Source of the DNA: Pseudomonadota bacterium
GTDB taxonomy: Bacteria > Pseudomonadota > Gammaproteobacteria > Burkholderiales > JAJZQI01
Direction of reading: 5' to 3'
Assembly (NCBI GenBank): GCA_021847305.1
Contig: JAJZTZ010000003.1
Span: 1-48,225 of the forward strand
Length of the DNA: 48,225 bases
In this document: positions 18,352-25,606 of the stretch, piece by piece
Position numbering within the stretch: position 1 is the stretch's first letter
How the letters are laid out: every line of letters starts with the position of its first letter
Notes under the pieces: generated by a model
Databases searched by the model: none
What the model saw: the letters and a program-made list of their open reading frames with translations, nothing else
What the model was told of the DNA's origin: nothing
Program-made: the position numbers and the translations under genes

Positions 18352-18618
18352 ATGTCTAAACACATTCATCTCGCTCTTGCCGCCGCCCTGGCAGTGCTGG
18401 TTTCCGCCCCGGCCATGGCCGATATGGAGTCTGCCAAGAAAGCCACTGTTCACGGACTGGAAAAGGCTCAGGATTTCGTTGTAACCGGTGTCAGAAAAGG
18501 CGCATCCGGAGTTGAATATGGTGCCGAAAAAGCCAGCGAAGGCGTGGAACACGCCGCCAAATGGGTAGGCTTGCCGCCCAAGCCGGAAAAAAATCAGTGG
18601 AAAAACCCGGACATGTAA
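18352..18618 (+). CDS. Small secreted hypothetical protein (88 aa)
   Basis: GGAGG RBS, signal peptide ending AMA, then amphipathic 11-residue-like repeats (KGASGVEYGAE / KASEGVEHAAK). Confidence 0.75.
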   Translation: MSKHIHLALAAALAVLVSAPAMADMESAKKATVHGLEKAQDFVVTGVRKGASGVEYGAEKASEGVEHAAKWVGLPPKPEKNQWKNPDM

Positions 18619-18742
18619 AGCGGGTGGACATGGTTTGCCTGCGTACGGCAAACCATGTCAGCACAAGCCGTTTGCATTCACCAAACTGCAATAACAACGT
18701 GCTAATCTGCCCAGCACACGCAAATCCAATAAGGATACGGTT

Positions 18743-18886
18743 ATGAATATCACCGAATGGTTCCATGCCACTTTGCTCGTTGTCAGCGCCATTGCCTCCG
18801 CCACCGTGCTTACCCTGCTGCTCAACTCTATTGTTGACGCCATGCGGCCGCTCATCCGCCGCTTTAGCGAGACACCCGAGGCGTAA
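18743..18886 (+). CDS. Putative 47-aa single-pass membrane protein
   Basis: TAAGGA RBS 7 nt before the ATG. MNITEWFHATLLVVSAIASATVLTLLLNSIVDAMRPLIRRFSETPEA fills an otherwise empty gap. Confidence 0.55.
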   Translation: MNITEWFHATLLVVSAIASATVLTLLLNSIVDAMRPLIRRFSETPEA

Positions 18887-18941
18887 TCTCCTGCGCCGGC
18901 CTGCGGCAAAAACACGCGCAGCGGCGCATCAGCATTCCGCA

Positions 18942-19298
18942 TCACAGGACATAATGCGCAAACGAACGCGTTACTTTTCCCTGTGAATTGAACAGAAAAA
19001 CTTCCGCCGCGAGCTGTCCGCTCACACTGGTGTAGTACAGCACCAGGCTGTCTATTCCCACCAGGATGTTGTGCAGTTCGAAATGCAGGTCCGGCAGCAT
19101 CTGCAGTGCCTTGGCCCAATAGGCCCGCACAGCCTGCTTGCCGCTCAGAGTGCCGCTGGGCTCATTGGCAATGCGAACGATTTTCGGCGAAGACATGACA
19201 AAATCGTCAGTGTAGTGCATCAGTACCCGATCCAGATCATGGGCATTCCATGCCCCCACCCATTCAGCCGCAAACGCGGCGGCAAACTGCTGGTCCAT
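18942..19298 (-). CDS. SnoaL-like / NTF2-family protein
   Basis: AWNAHDLDRVLMHYTDD, GKQAVRAYW and LPDLHFE; GGAG RBS. Confidence 0.85.
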   Translation of the reverse strand: MDQQFAAAFAAEWVGAWNAHDLDRVLMHYTDDFVMSSPKIVRIANEPSGTLSGKQAVRAYWAKALQMLPDLHFELHNILVGIDSLVLYYTSVSGQLAAEVFLFNSQGKVTRSFAHYVL

Positions 19299-19317
19299 CT
19301 TTGTCTCCGGGTTGTTA

Positions 19318-20097
19318 TCAGAAATTGATTTCCGCGCGCATGAAGGTGACGGCCTGCCCCGACAGCAATACCCGTTCCCCCTGTGTGCGACAGATCAGTT
19401 CACCGCCGCGCCGGGAAAGCTGACGCGCCTGCAGCTCGGTCTTGCCCAGCCGCTCGGCCCAGTACGGCGCCATGGCGCAGTGCGCGGAACCGGTCACCGG
19501 GTCCTCGGCGATGCCATAGCGCGGGGCAAAAAAACGGCTGACGAAATCCACCGTGTCTCCCTTGGCCATCACGATCACACCGCGCCGGTCCAGACGGGAT
19601 AACTGGGCAAAATCCGGTGCCAGATTACGCACCGTTGCCTCACTGTCACACAACACCATGTAATCGTCGCCGCCCCATACCCCAAGCGGGGTGATCCCCA
19701 GGCCGGCCAGCAGCACCGCAGGTGCCGCGCAGGCCTGCATGGGCAGAGCGGGAAAATCCATGGTCAGCCGGTCGCTGTCGCGCTCCACCCGCAATACGCC
19801 GCTGCGGCTGGCAAAACGGATGCGGGGCGCGGCAACATGCATTTCTTCAAACAGCACATGCGCAGTCGCCAGCGTGGCGTGACCGCACAAATCCACCTCA
19901 GCCAGCGGGGTGAACCAGCGCAGTTGATAGCCGTCTTCCTGCGGGACGAAAAACGCTGTCTCAGACAGGTTATTCTCCGCCGCGATGGCCTGCATGACAG
20001 CATCGTCAAGCCAATACTCCAGCGGGCACACGGCGGCCGGGTTGCCCCCGAACACCCGGTCGGTAAAGGCATCGACCTGATACTGCATCAGCTTCAT
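19318..20097 (-). CDS. PhzF/PhzC-family isomerase (DAP-epimerase fold)
   Basis: VDAF...GGNPAAV, NLSETAF, EVDLCGHATLA and EDPVTGSAH. The start may be the TTG at 20103. Confidence 0.92.
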   Translation of the reverse strand: MKLMQYQVDAFTDRVFGGNPAAVCPLEYWLDDAVMQAIAAENNLSETAFFVPQEDGYQLRWFTPLAEVDLCGHATLATAHVLFEEMHVAAPRIRFASRSGVLRVERDSDRLTMDFPALPMQACAAPAVLLAGLGITPLGVWGGDDYMVLCDSEATVRNLAPDFAQLSRLDRRGVIVMAKGDTVDFVSRFFAPRYGIAEDPVTGSAHCAMAPYWAERLGKTELQARQLSRRGGELICRTQGERVLLSGQAVTFMRAEINF

Positions 20098-20113
20098 CGG
20101 CAAGCCACTCCGC

Positions 20114-20548
20114 TCAGGTCATCAGGGGATACATCCACACGAAAATCACCTGGCCCTGCGACTCCGCCAGCTGCGCCAGTTCACCCAGTTCCAGCACCAG
20201 CTCTTCCACCTCTTCCGTCTCCCAGCCTTCGTACTCGAAGGTGTCGGTAGCAGCCAGCTCCATCCCGGTCCGCTCCAGCCCTTCCTCGTCAAGCGCCGCC
20301 AGGCGCTCCAGCAATTCATCGGCAAAGCGCAGCACCAGCCCGCCGTCGCTGTTGACGTAAACCGGCTCGTAGTAAGTGGTCGCGAGGTCGAAATCATCGC
20401 CCACCAGCAGGCAATGCAGCATCACCACCTTGGCGATATCAATGCCGCGCCGTTCGATACCACTCCACTCGTCAATCGGATGCAGCGACTCGCCCACCGC
20501 TTCCAGTTCATCTTCTTCCGCCGCCACAAAATTCGTCAGTAAAGCCAA
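20114..20548 (-). CDS. Acidic hypothetical protein
   Basis: TTG start after a GAGGG RBS; coding-like codon pattern; very Glu/Asp-rich; co-oriented with phzF and snoaL. Confidence 0.7.
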   Translation of the reverse strand: MALLTNFVAAEEDELEAVGESLHPIDEWSGIERRGIDIAKVVMLHCLLVGDDFDLATTYYEPVYVNSDGGLVLRFADELLERLAALDEEGLERTGMELAATDTFEYEGWETEEVEELVLELGELAQLAESQGQVIFVWMYPLMT

Positions 20549-20674
20549 AATAACCCTCTTGTTTTCATCACATTCCTATATCGACTTTACTGGCTATTGC
20601 GTCGCGGTTCAACACAAAACCGAGCGTGAATGCCGGCACCGAGGTAACATTAAATGGCATAAGGAAAGACCGGC

Positions 20675-21013
20675 ATGACCACACACTGCGATCTGACGAC
20701 AAAAAATTGCAAACCCTGCGAAGGCGGCGTGCCGCCCCTGGAACAAAGCGAAATTGCCCGCCTGCTGCAAGCGCTCAACGGCTGGGAACAACACGGCAGT
20801 ACAATCGCCAAGACCTTCACTTTCAAGAACTATTACCACACCATGGCGTTCGTCAATGCGACCGCCTGGATTTCCCATCGCGAAGATCATCACCCCGATC
20901 TGGAGGTTGGCTACAACACCTGCCGCGTGTGCTATACCACCCATGCCATCAACGGCTTATCGGAAAATGACTTTATCTGCGCCGCGAAAATCGATGCCCT
21001 GTTGGCTCTGTAA
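20675..21013 (+). CDS. phhB: Pterin-4-alpha-carbinolamine dehydratase
   Basis: CKPCEGG, EDHHPDL, THAINGLSENDFICAAKID. Confidence 0.92.
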   Translation: MTTHCDLTTKNCKPCEGGVPPLEQSEIARLLQALNGWEQHGSTIAKTFTFKNYYHTMAFVNATAWISHREDHHPDLEVGYNTCRVCYTTHAINGLSENDFICAAKIDALLAL

Positions 21014-21034
21014 ATTCCTGCCCGGCCCATCCCC

Positions 21035-21553
21035 ATGCTGATCCGCCACCTGCAGCCCACCGACCAGCCGGCTTATGCCGCGCTGTGGCATGACATGCTC
21101 TCCGACCAGGGCGATTATTTTCGCATCGCCCTGGCAGATGAGCCGGAACCGCGCATTCCTACCGGCTACTCCGCCGGCAGCTTTACGCTTGGTGCATTTG
21201 ACCCTTGTGGCGAGCTGCTTGGCAGCGTCAGCCTGGATCGCAACAGGCAGACAAAATTGCGCCACAAGGCGCTGTTGTTCCGCATGGGCGTACGTCGCTC
21301 AGCGGCAGGACAGGGCGTGGGCAGAGCTCTTCTGCAACAAGCGCTGGCATCCGCCGCGCAAGAGTCCGGCCTGCATCACATCATGCTCACGGTACTGGCG
21401 AACAATTCGCGGGCCATCCGACTCTACACCTCGGCAGGTTTCCGCTTAAGCGGCAGCGAACCCTATTCCGTCAACATCAACGGCAACCTCATCGAAGAAT
21501 TGCACATGACTTGCCACCTTCCCTTGACGCCTGGCAACCAAAGCGGTTTTTAA
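21035..21553 (+). CDS. GNAT-family N-acetyltransferase
   Basis: Acetyl-CoA motif AAGQGVGRALL and NSRAIRLYTSAGF. Confidence 0.88.
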   Translation: MLIRHLQPTDQPAYAALWHDMLSDQGDYFRIALADEPEPRIPTGYSAGSFTLGAFDPCGELLGSVSLDRNRQTKLRHKALLFRMGVRRSAAGQGVGRALLQQALASAAQESGLHHIMLTVLANNSRAIRLYTSAGFRLSGSEPYSVNINGNLIEELHMTCHLPLTPGNQSGF

Positions 21554-21566
21554 CACTCCAACACGC

Positions 21567-22100
21567 ATGAAAGTGCTTGCGCTATCCGGCAGCTTGCGCG
21601 CCGCCTCCAACAACACCGCTCTGCTACGGGCCGCCGCACGCCTTGCGCCACCGGGCATGCGGATTGAGCTGTTCGGCGAACTGGGCCAGTTTCCCTTATT
21701 CAACCCGGATTACGGCGACATTTTCCCTCCACCTGTCAGGCGCCTGTATGAATGCCTGACCACAGCGGATGCCGTGCTCATCGCCAGCCCGGAATACGCG
21801 CATGGCGTCACCGGCACGATCAAAAATGCACTGGACTGGATGGTCGGCTGCGAAGTGTTTGTCAATAAACCCGTCGCCCTGCTTAATGCCTCACCGCGCG
21901 CCATCCACGCCCACGCCGCGCTGCGCGAAACGCTTTCGGTCATGTCCGCCCACTTGATCGAGGCCGCTTCCATCACCCTGCCCCTGCTCGGTTCCGGCCT
22001 GAACGAGGACGGCATCGTGACCCACCCGGCAATTTCTGCCGCGTTGAGTAACGCGCTCAGCGTGCTCGCAACCACGGCCAGCATCTCCCCCTCTACCTGA
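21567..22100 (+). CDS. NAD(P)H-dependent FMN reductase (flavodoxin-like)
   Basis: GSLRAASNN, SPEYAHG, KNALDW and KPVAL. Confidence 0.9.
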   Translation: MKVLALSGSLRAASNNTALLRAAARLAPPGMRIELFGELGQFPLFNPDYGDIFPPPVRRLYECLTTADAVLIASPEYAHGVTGTIKNALDWMVGCEVFVNKPVALLNASPRAIHAHAALRETLSVMSAHLIEAASITLPLLGSGLNEDGIVTHPAISAALSNALSVLATTASISPST

Positions 22101-22166
22101 GCGCGAGCCATTTCGCTAAAATCCGGCTCAGTTGAACCGTTTTTGTCATCCTCTGCCAAACACGCC

Positions 22167-22493
22167 ATGAGTCAGGTTTGCCTTGCTTGCGGTGCCTGCT
22201 GCGCCACCTTCCGCGTCTCTTTTTACTGGGCGGAGACCGATGCCCATCCCAACGGCACGGTGCCGGATCATCTGACCGTTCCTGTCGGCCCCCATCACGT
22301 ATGTATGAAAGGTACGGAGAAACAGCCGCCACGCTGTACTGCCCTGACGGGCGAAATCGGCAAACATGCCGCCTGCGCGCTCTACCCTCTGCGCCCCAGC
22401 ACCTGTCGGGAGTTCACAGCCGGCGATGAGCGCTGCGCCGCCGCACGGCAGAAGCATGGCTTACCTCCTCTCGCGCGGCAAAACCCGCCTTGA
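22167..22493 (+). CDS. YkgJ-family cysteine-cluster (CxxCxxCC) protein
   Basis: CLACGACC, RCTALTG and CALYPLRPSTCREF. Confidence 0.88.
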   Translation: MSQVCLACGACCATFRVSFYWAETDAHPNGTVPDHLTVPVGPHHVCMKGTEKQPPRCTALTGEIGKHAACALYPLRPSTCREFTAGDERCAAARQKHGLPPLARQNPP

Positions 22494-22622
22494 AATCACC
22501 CGGCATCCCCGAGCCGTTCCGTCAACAATTTCCGCTGGCAACGGAGTTGTTACGGTAAAATGGACAGCTGATGGCGGCCGCATCTGTACCCGTCGGCTTC
22601 CCCTACCCTCTTAGCGTAAGCA

Positions 22623-23120
22623 ATGATGAGTGATACAAAAGGCATAAGATTGTGCCAGCCATGCACGGCATGCTGCGACGGCTGGGTTCAGATGGTGATC
22701 AACGGCACACCGGTCTACCCAGGCCACCCTTGCCCGCACAGCACTGGTAAGGGCTGTAACGACTATCACAACCGCCCGATTGACCCTTGCGGCAACTTTA
22801 ATTGCGGCTGGGTATTACCCAATAGCCCCCTGCCTGATTGGATGAAGCCGAACGAAGGCAAAGTGATCGTGATTTTCAGCAAATTACACTGGCGTGGTCT
22901 GCCGGTTGATCTGGCTGTTCCGGTGGGTAAACAGATCCCGTCACGCTCGCTGCAATGGCTGAAGGAATTTTCCGCCAAGCACGCCCGCCCGCTGATTTAC
23001 ACCGAACAGAACGTGGAACACGGCGTTTTTCAGAAGCAGCAGCAGGCATTTGCCTATGGTCCGCCCGCCTTTCAGCAAGAAATGCAGCAGAAACAGCAGG
23101 AAGGGAAAAAGCTGTGGTAG
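22623..23120 (+). CDS. Cys-rich hypothetical protein with YkgJ-like CxxCxxCC N-terminus
   Basis: CQPCTACCDGW...CPH...GCNDYHNRP..PCGNFNCGW. Confidence 0.75.
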   Translation: MMSDTKGIRLCQPCTACCDGWVQMVINGTPVYPGHPCPHSTGKGCNDYHNRPIDPCGNFNCGWVLPNSPLPDWMKPNEGKVIVIFSKLHWRGLPVDLAVPVGKQIPSRSLQWLKEFSAKHARPLIYTEQNVEHGVFQKQQQAFAYGPPAFQQEMQQKQQEGKKLW

Positions 23121-23158
23121 GCAGGAATACACTGTTCTGACTTTGACCACCCTGAACC

Positions 23159-23584
23159 ATGTCCATCCACTGCAAAATCAACCACCCCGTCAGCACCGAG
23201 TCGTTCGTCGATCTGTTGCATGCATCAGGTCTGGCAGCGCGCCGACCGGTGCATGACCGGGACTGCATGGAAGGCATGGTGAAAAACGCCAATCTGACCG
23301 TGACGGCATGGGATGGGGACAGACTGGTGGGAGTGGCACGGTCGCTGACCGACTTCCATTATGCCTGCTATCTATCCGACCTGGCCGTGCATGCCGATTA
23401 TCAGCAACAGGGCATTGGCAAACTGTTGCTGCGCACAACCCGGCAGCAACTGGGCCAGAAATGTAAACTGATCCTGATCGCCGCCCCGGCCGCCAACGAT
23501 TATTACGAACACCTGGGTTTTGCCAGCAATCCGCGGTGCTGGGTGCTGGACAGCGACAGTCCGCTCAAGGAAACGCTGATTTAA
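23159..23584 (+). CDS. GNAT-family N-acetyltransferase
   Basis: LVGVARSLTD, YLSDLAV, YQQQGIGKLL and YYEHLGF. The last codons and stop lie inside MITE copy 3. Confidence 0.88.
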   Translation: MSIHCKINHPVSTESFVDLLHASGLAARRPVHDRDCMEGMVKNANLTVTAWDGDRLVGVARSLTDFHYACYLSDLAVHADYQQQGIGKLLLRTTRQQLGQKCKLILIAAPAANDYYEHLGFASNPRCWVLDSDSPLKETLI

Positions 23585-23720
23585 TCGCGTTTCCGTGCCG
23601 GGCAGGGTTTTCGTCCGGCCGCTCAATGACGCAAGTCATTGAAGGCGTGAGGTTGTGCGGACAGGTGCCGCGCAACCGACCCGCTGATTTATTCCATAAA
23701 TGGAATAAATCAGCGCTTCC
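23569..23720 (+). mobile_element. MITE-like structured repeat, copy 3 (152 bp)
   Basis: GGAAACGCTGATTTA...TAAATCAGCGCTTCC with imperfect flanks (TCAA and TTAC); sits between convergent genes. Confidence 0.8.
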
Positions 23721-24641
23721 TTACGGACTGACCGCCATGGATGGCTCCCAGATAAGGGTTGTGTTGCGTCCAGCCCTTTTGGCAGCGTACATGGCCTGAT
23801 CGGCCTCCTCAATGCTGCGCTCGACTGATATATCGGCTGCCAGCTGCGCCACGCCGAATGACATGGCGATATGCAATTCAACGCCATTGCCGGCATCGAT
23901 CGGCAGCGCCGCCAGACCGATACGCAAGCGTTCGACCACTTCATAGGCTGTCTTGACGTCGGTATTCTGCATACACAGCAGGAATTCCTCTCCGCCATAA
24001 CGAAACAGTTTGTCGTAGGGGCGGATATGCTCCAGCATGAAACGCGCTACGGCTGACAGCACTTTGTCACCGCTTGCATGCCCGTAAGTATCGTTGACCG
24101 TCTTGAAGCAATCGATGTCCATCATCGACACGCAACTGGGCTGGACGTTGCGCCTGACCAGTTCATGCTGCTCGCGCAAGCGGGTCAGCATGCCGATGCG
24201 GCTATATGCGCCGGTCAGTCCATCCAGGTTGTAGAGCTCGCTTTCCAGTTCGCGCTTGATTGTTGCCATTTCCAGGCGCATGCGTCCAAGCGCGGCAGCA
24301 AAGGCGTCGTACTCTTCAGCGGGCACAGGGTGGCAGGCTTCCGTCTTCACCAACAGATCGGCCGCCAGGCGGTGCATGGATTTGTGATCTTCTTCCATGG
24401 CGATGAAACCAGGATGCTGGCGCAGCTTGTCCGGCACGGTGCTGTAGTACCACTGCCCCAGGCGACACAAGCGGTGTGCGTCTTCTGCCACATCGTTCTT
24501 GCTGTACGGCAAATGGCAAACCATGGTGCGCGTAATGGCGTCAAACCATTCGGTGTGACTGGCAATCGCCAGGTCCAGCTGCTTGATGATTTCCAGCATT
24601 TCGCTCTGTCGAGCATTATCCACGCGCCGTCTCCTGTTCAT
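23721..24641 (-). CDS. CZB-domain diguanylate cyclase (DgcZ/YdeH-like)
   Basis: CZB zinc ligands H(TEW), C(RLGQWYY) and H(KSM)H; DIDCFKTVND, RPYD I-site and GGEEF. Confidence 0.9.
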   Translation of the reverse strand: MNRRRRVDNARQSEMLEIIKQLDLAIASHTEWFDAITRTMVCHLPYSKNDVAEDAHRLCRLGQWYYSTVPDKLRQHPGFIAMEEDHKSMHRLAADLLVKTEACHPVPAEEYDAFAAALGRMRLEMATIKRELESELYNLDGLTGAYSRIGMLTRLREQHELVRRNVQPSCVSMMDIDCFKTVNDTYGHASGDKVLSAVARFMLEHIRPYDKLFRYGGEEFLLCMQNTDVKTAYEVVERLRIGLAALPIDAGNGVELHIAMSFGVAQLAADISVERSIEEADQAMYAAKRAGRNTTLIWEPSMAVSP

Positions 24642-24648
24642 TTATTAT

Positions 24649-24670
24649 TAGGGCGTGTTAACACGCCTTA
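24649..24670. repeat. 22-bp near-perfect palindrome
   Basis: TAGGGCGTGTTAACACGCCTTA with a perfect 16-bp core GGCGTGTTAACACGCC, 7 bp from the DGC start codon. Confidence 0.7.
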
Positions 24671-24786
24671 ACCCGTTGTAGTACAGATAACAGGTTTGCA
24701 CTACATAATTATGGCGCTGCCCTAGCGTGAGCGGCGCCTTGCACAGGAAACTGGCCGTGGCGACAGCCAGAAAGGAATCGGAGCGG

Positions 24787-25593
24787 TCAGCGCTCCGTGG
24801 AACGGCGGTTGATATCCTGCCTGAGGCTGTCCATTTCTTCGCGCAAGGTTTGAATTTCGGTACGCAGCGCGCGGATATCCTGGTGCATTTCCTGCCGCAG
24901 CCGGGTCTCATCCTTGCCGATGAAAAAGGCCGTGATACTGGCAGTCACCAGCGACAGCATGGCAAAACCGATAACCACGACGATAACCGCGAAAAAACGC
25001 GATGCCTCGGTAGTCGGAACCACATCGCCGTAACCGACCGTGGCGCCGCTTTCAAAAGCCAGCCACAGCCCCTCGGCATAGCTGTGCACGGATGGCTCCA
25101 GCCAGTAGAAACCGGCCCCGGCAAGCGCCATAAGGGCAATACCGAGTACCAGCAGAAAAGGCGTGGTGCGCGGAGTGATGGTGCTGAGCGAGCCGAGCAC
25201 CCGGGTAAACAGCAGCGCAATGGTCGCTATGCGCAGCAAACGGGCCAACGCCAGCAATTGCGCGTCTTCCACCCCCAGCAGACTGATGACTGATGCCAGG
25301 ATAATGAGCAGATTGAGCCAATTGCCGATCAGGTAATGCCATTTATCGCGGCACAACCAGGTCATCAGAACAGTTTCCAGGGTGAAACCCACCACGACAA
25401 TCCAGTCGAGGTAAGCGCCAATGCGCCGCAACAGCGGGTGATCGCTCACAGCATGCAGATAAAAAGCCGGAATGACCAGAATGGCCAGGGACAGCATCAC
25501 CCAGTGCAGGCGGCGCTGCCACTGGTGCGCTGCGTGGGTTTCATTCTGGGATACCCCGGCCATGCCCAGCAGAGGAAGCAGGTGCGCCATCAT
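24787..25593 (-). CDS. Potassium channel protein (voltage-gated-like)
   Basis: Selectivity filter TVGYGD, Arg-containing S4-like ARLLRI, C-terminal coiled coil. Confidence 0.88.
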   Translation of the reverse strand: MMAHLLPLLGMAGVSQNETHAAHQWQRRLHWVMLSLAILVIPAFYLHAVSDHPLLRRIGAYLDWIVVVGFTLETVLMTWLCRDKWHYLIGNWLNLLIILASVISLLGVEDAQLLALARLLRIATIALLFTRVLGSLSTITPRTTPFLLVLGIALMALAGAGFYWLEPSVHSYAEGLWLAFESGATVGYGDVVPTTEASRFFAVIVVVIGFAMLSLVTASITAFFIGKDETRLRQEMHQDIRALRTEIQTLREEMDSLRQDINRRSTER

Positions 25594-25606
25594 GGTCGTG
25601 GCCGCC

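Noticed and set aside
18942-20097. Phenazine biosynthesis cluster (PhzF plus a SnoaL/PhzA-B-like fold)
   Set aside because: No phzC/D/E/G. The PhzF is of the widespread stand-alone isomerase type (LCGH motif).
18942-23584. Integron cassette array (many small GNAT/SnoaL-type genes)
   Set aside because: No integrase, no attC-like sites between the genes, and mixed orientation.
5436-23720. The repeats as a CRISPR array, tRNAs or integron attC sites
   Set aside because: The copies are dispersed, not regularly spaced with spacers. They have no cloverleaf/T-loop/CCA signature and no RYYYAAC...GTTRRRY ends.
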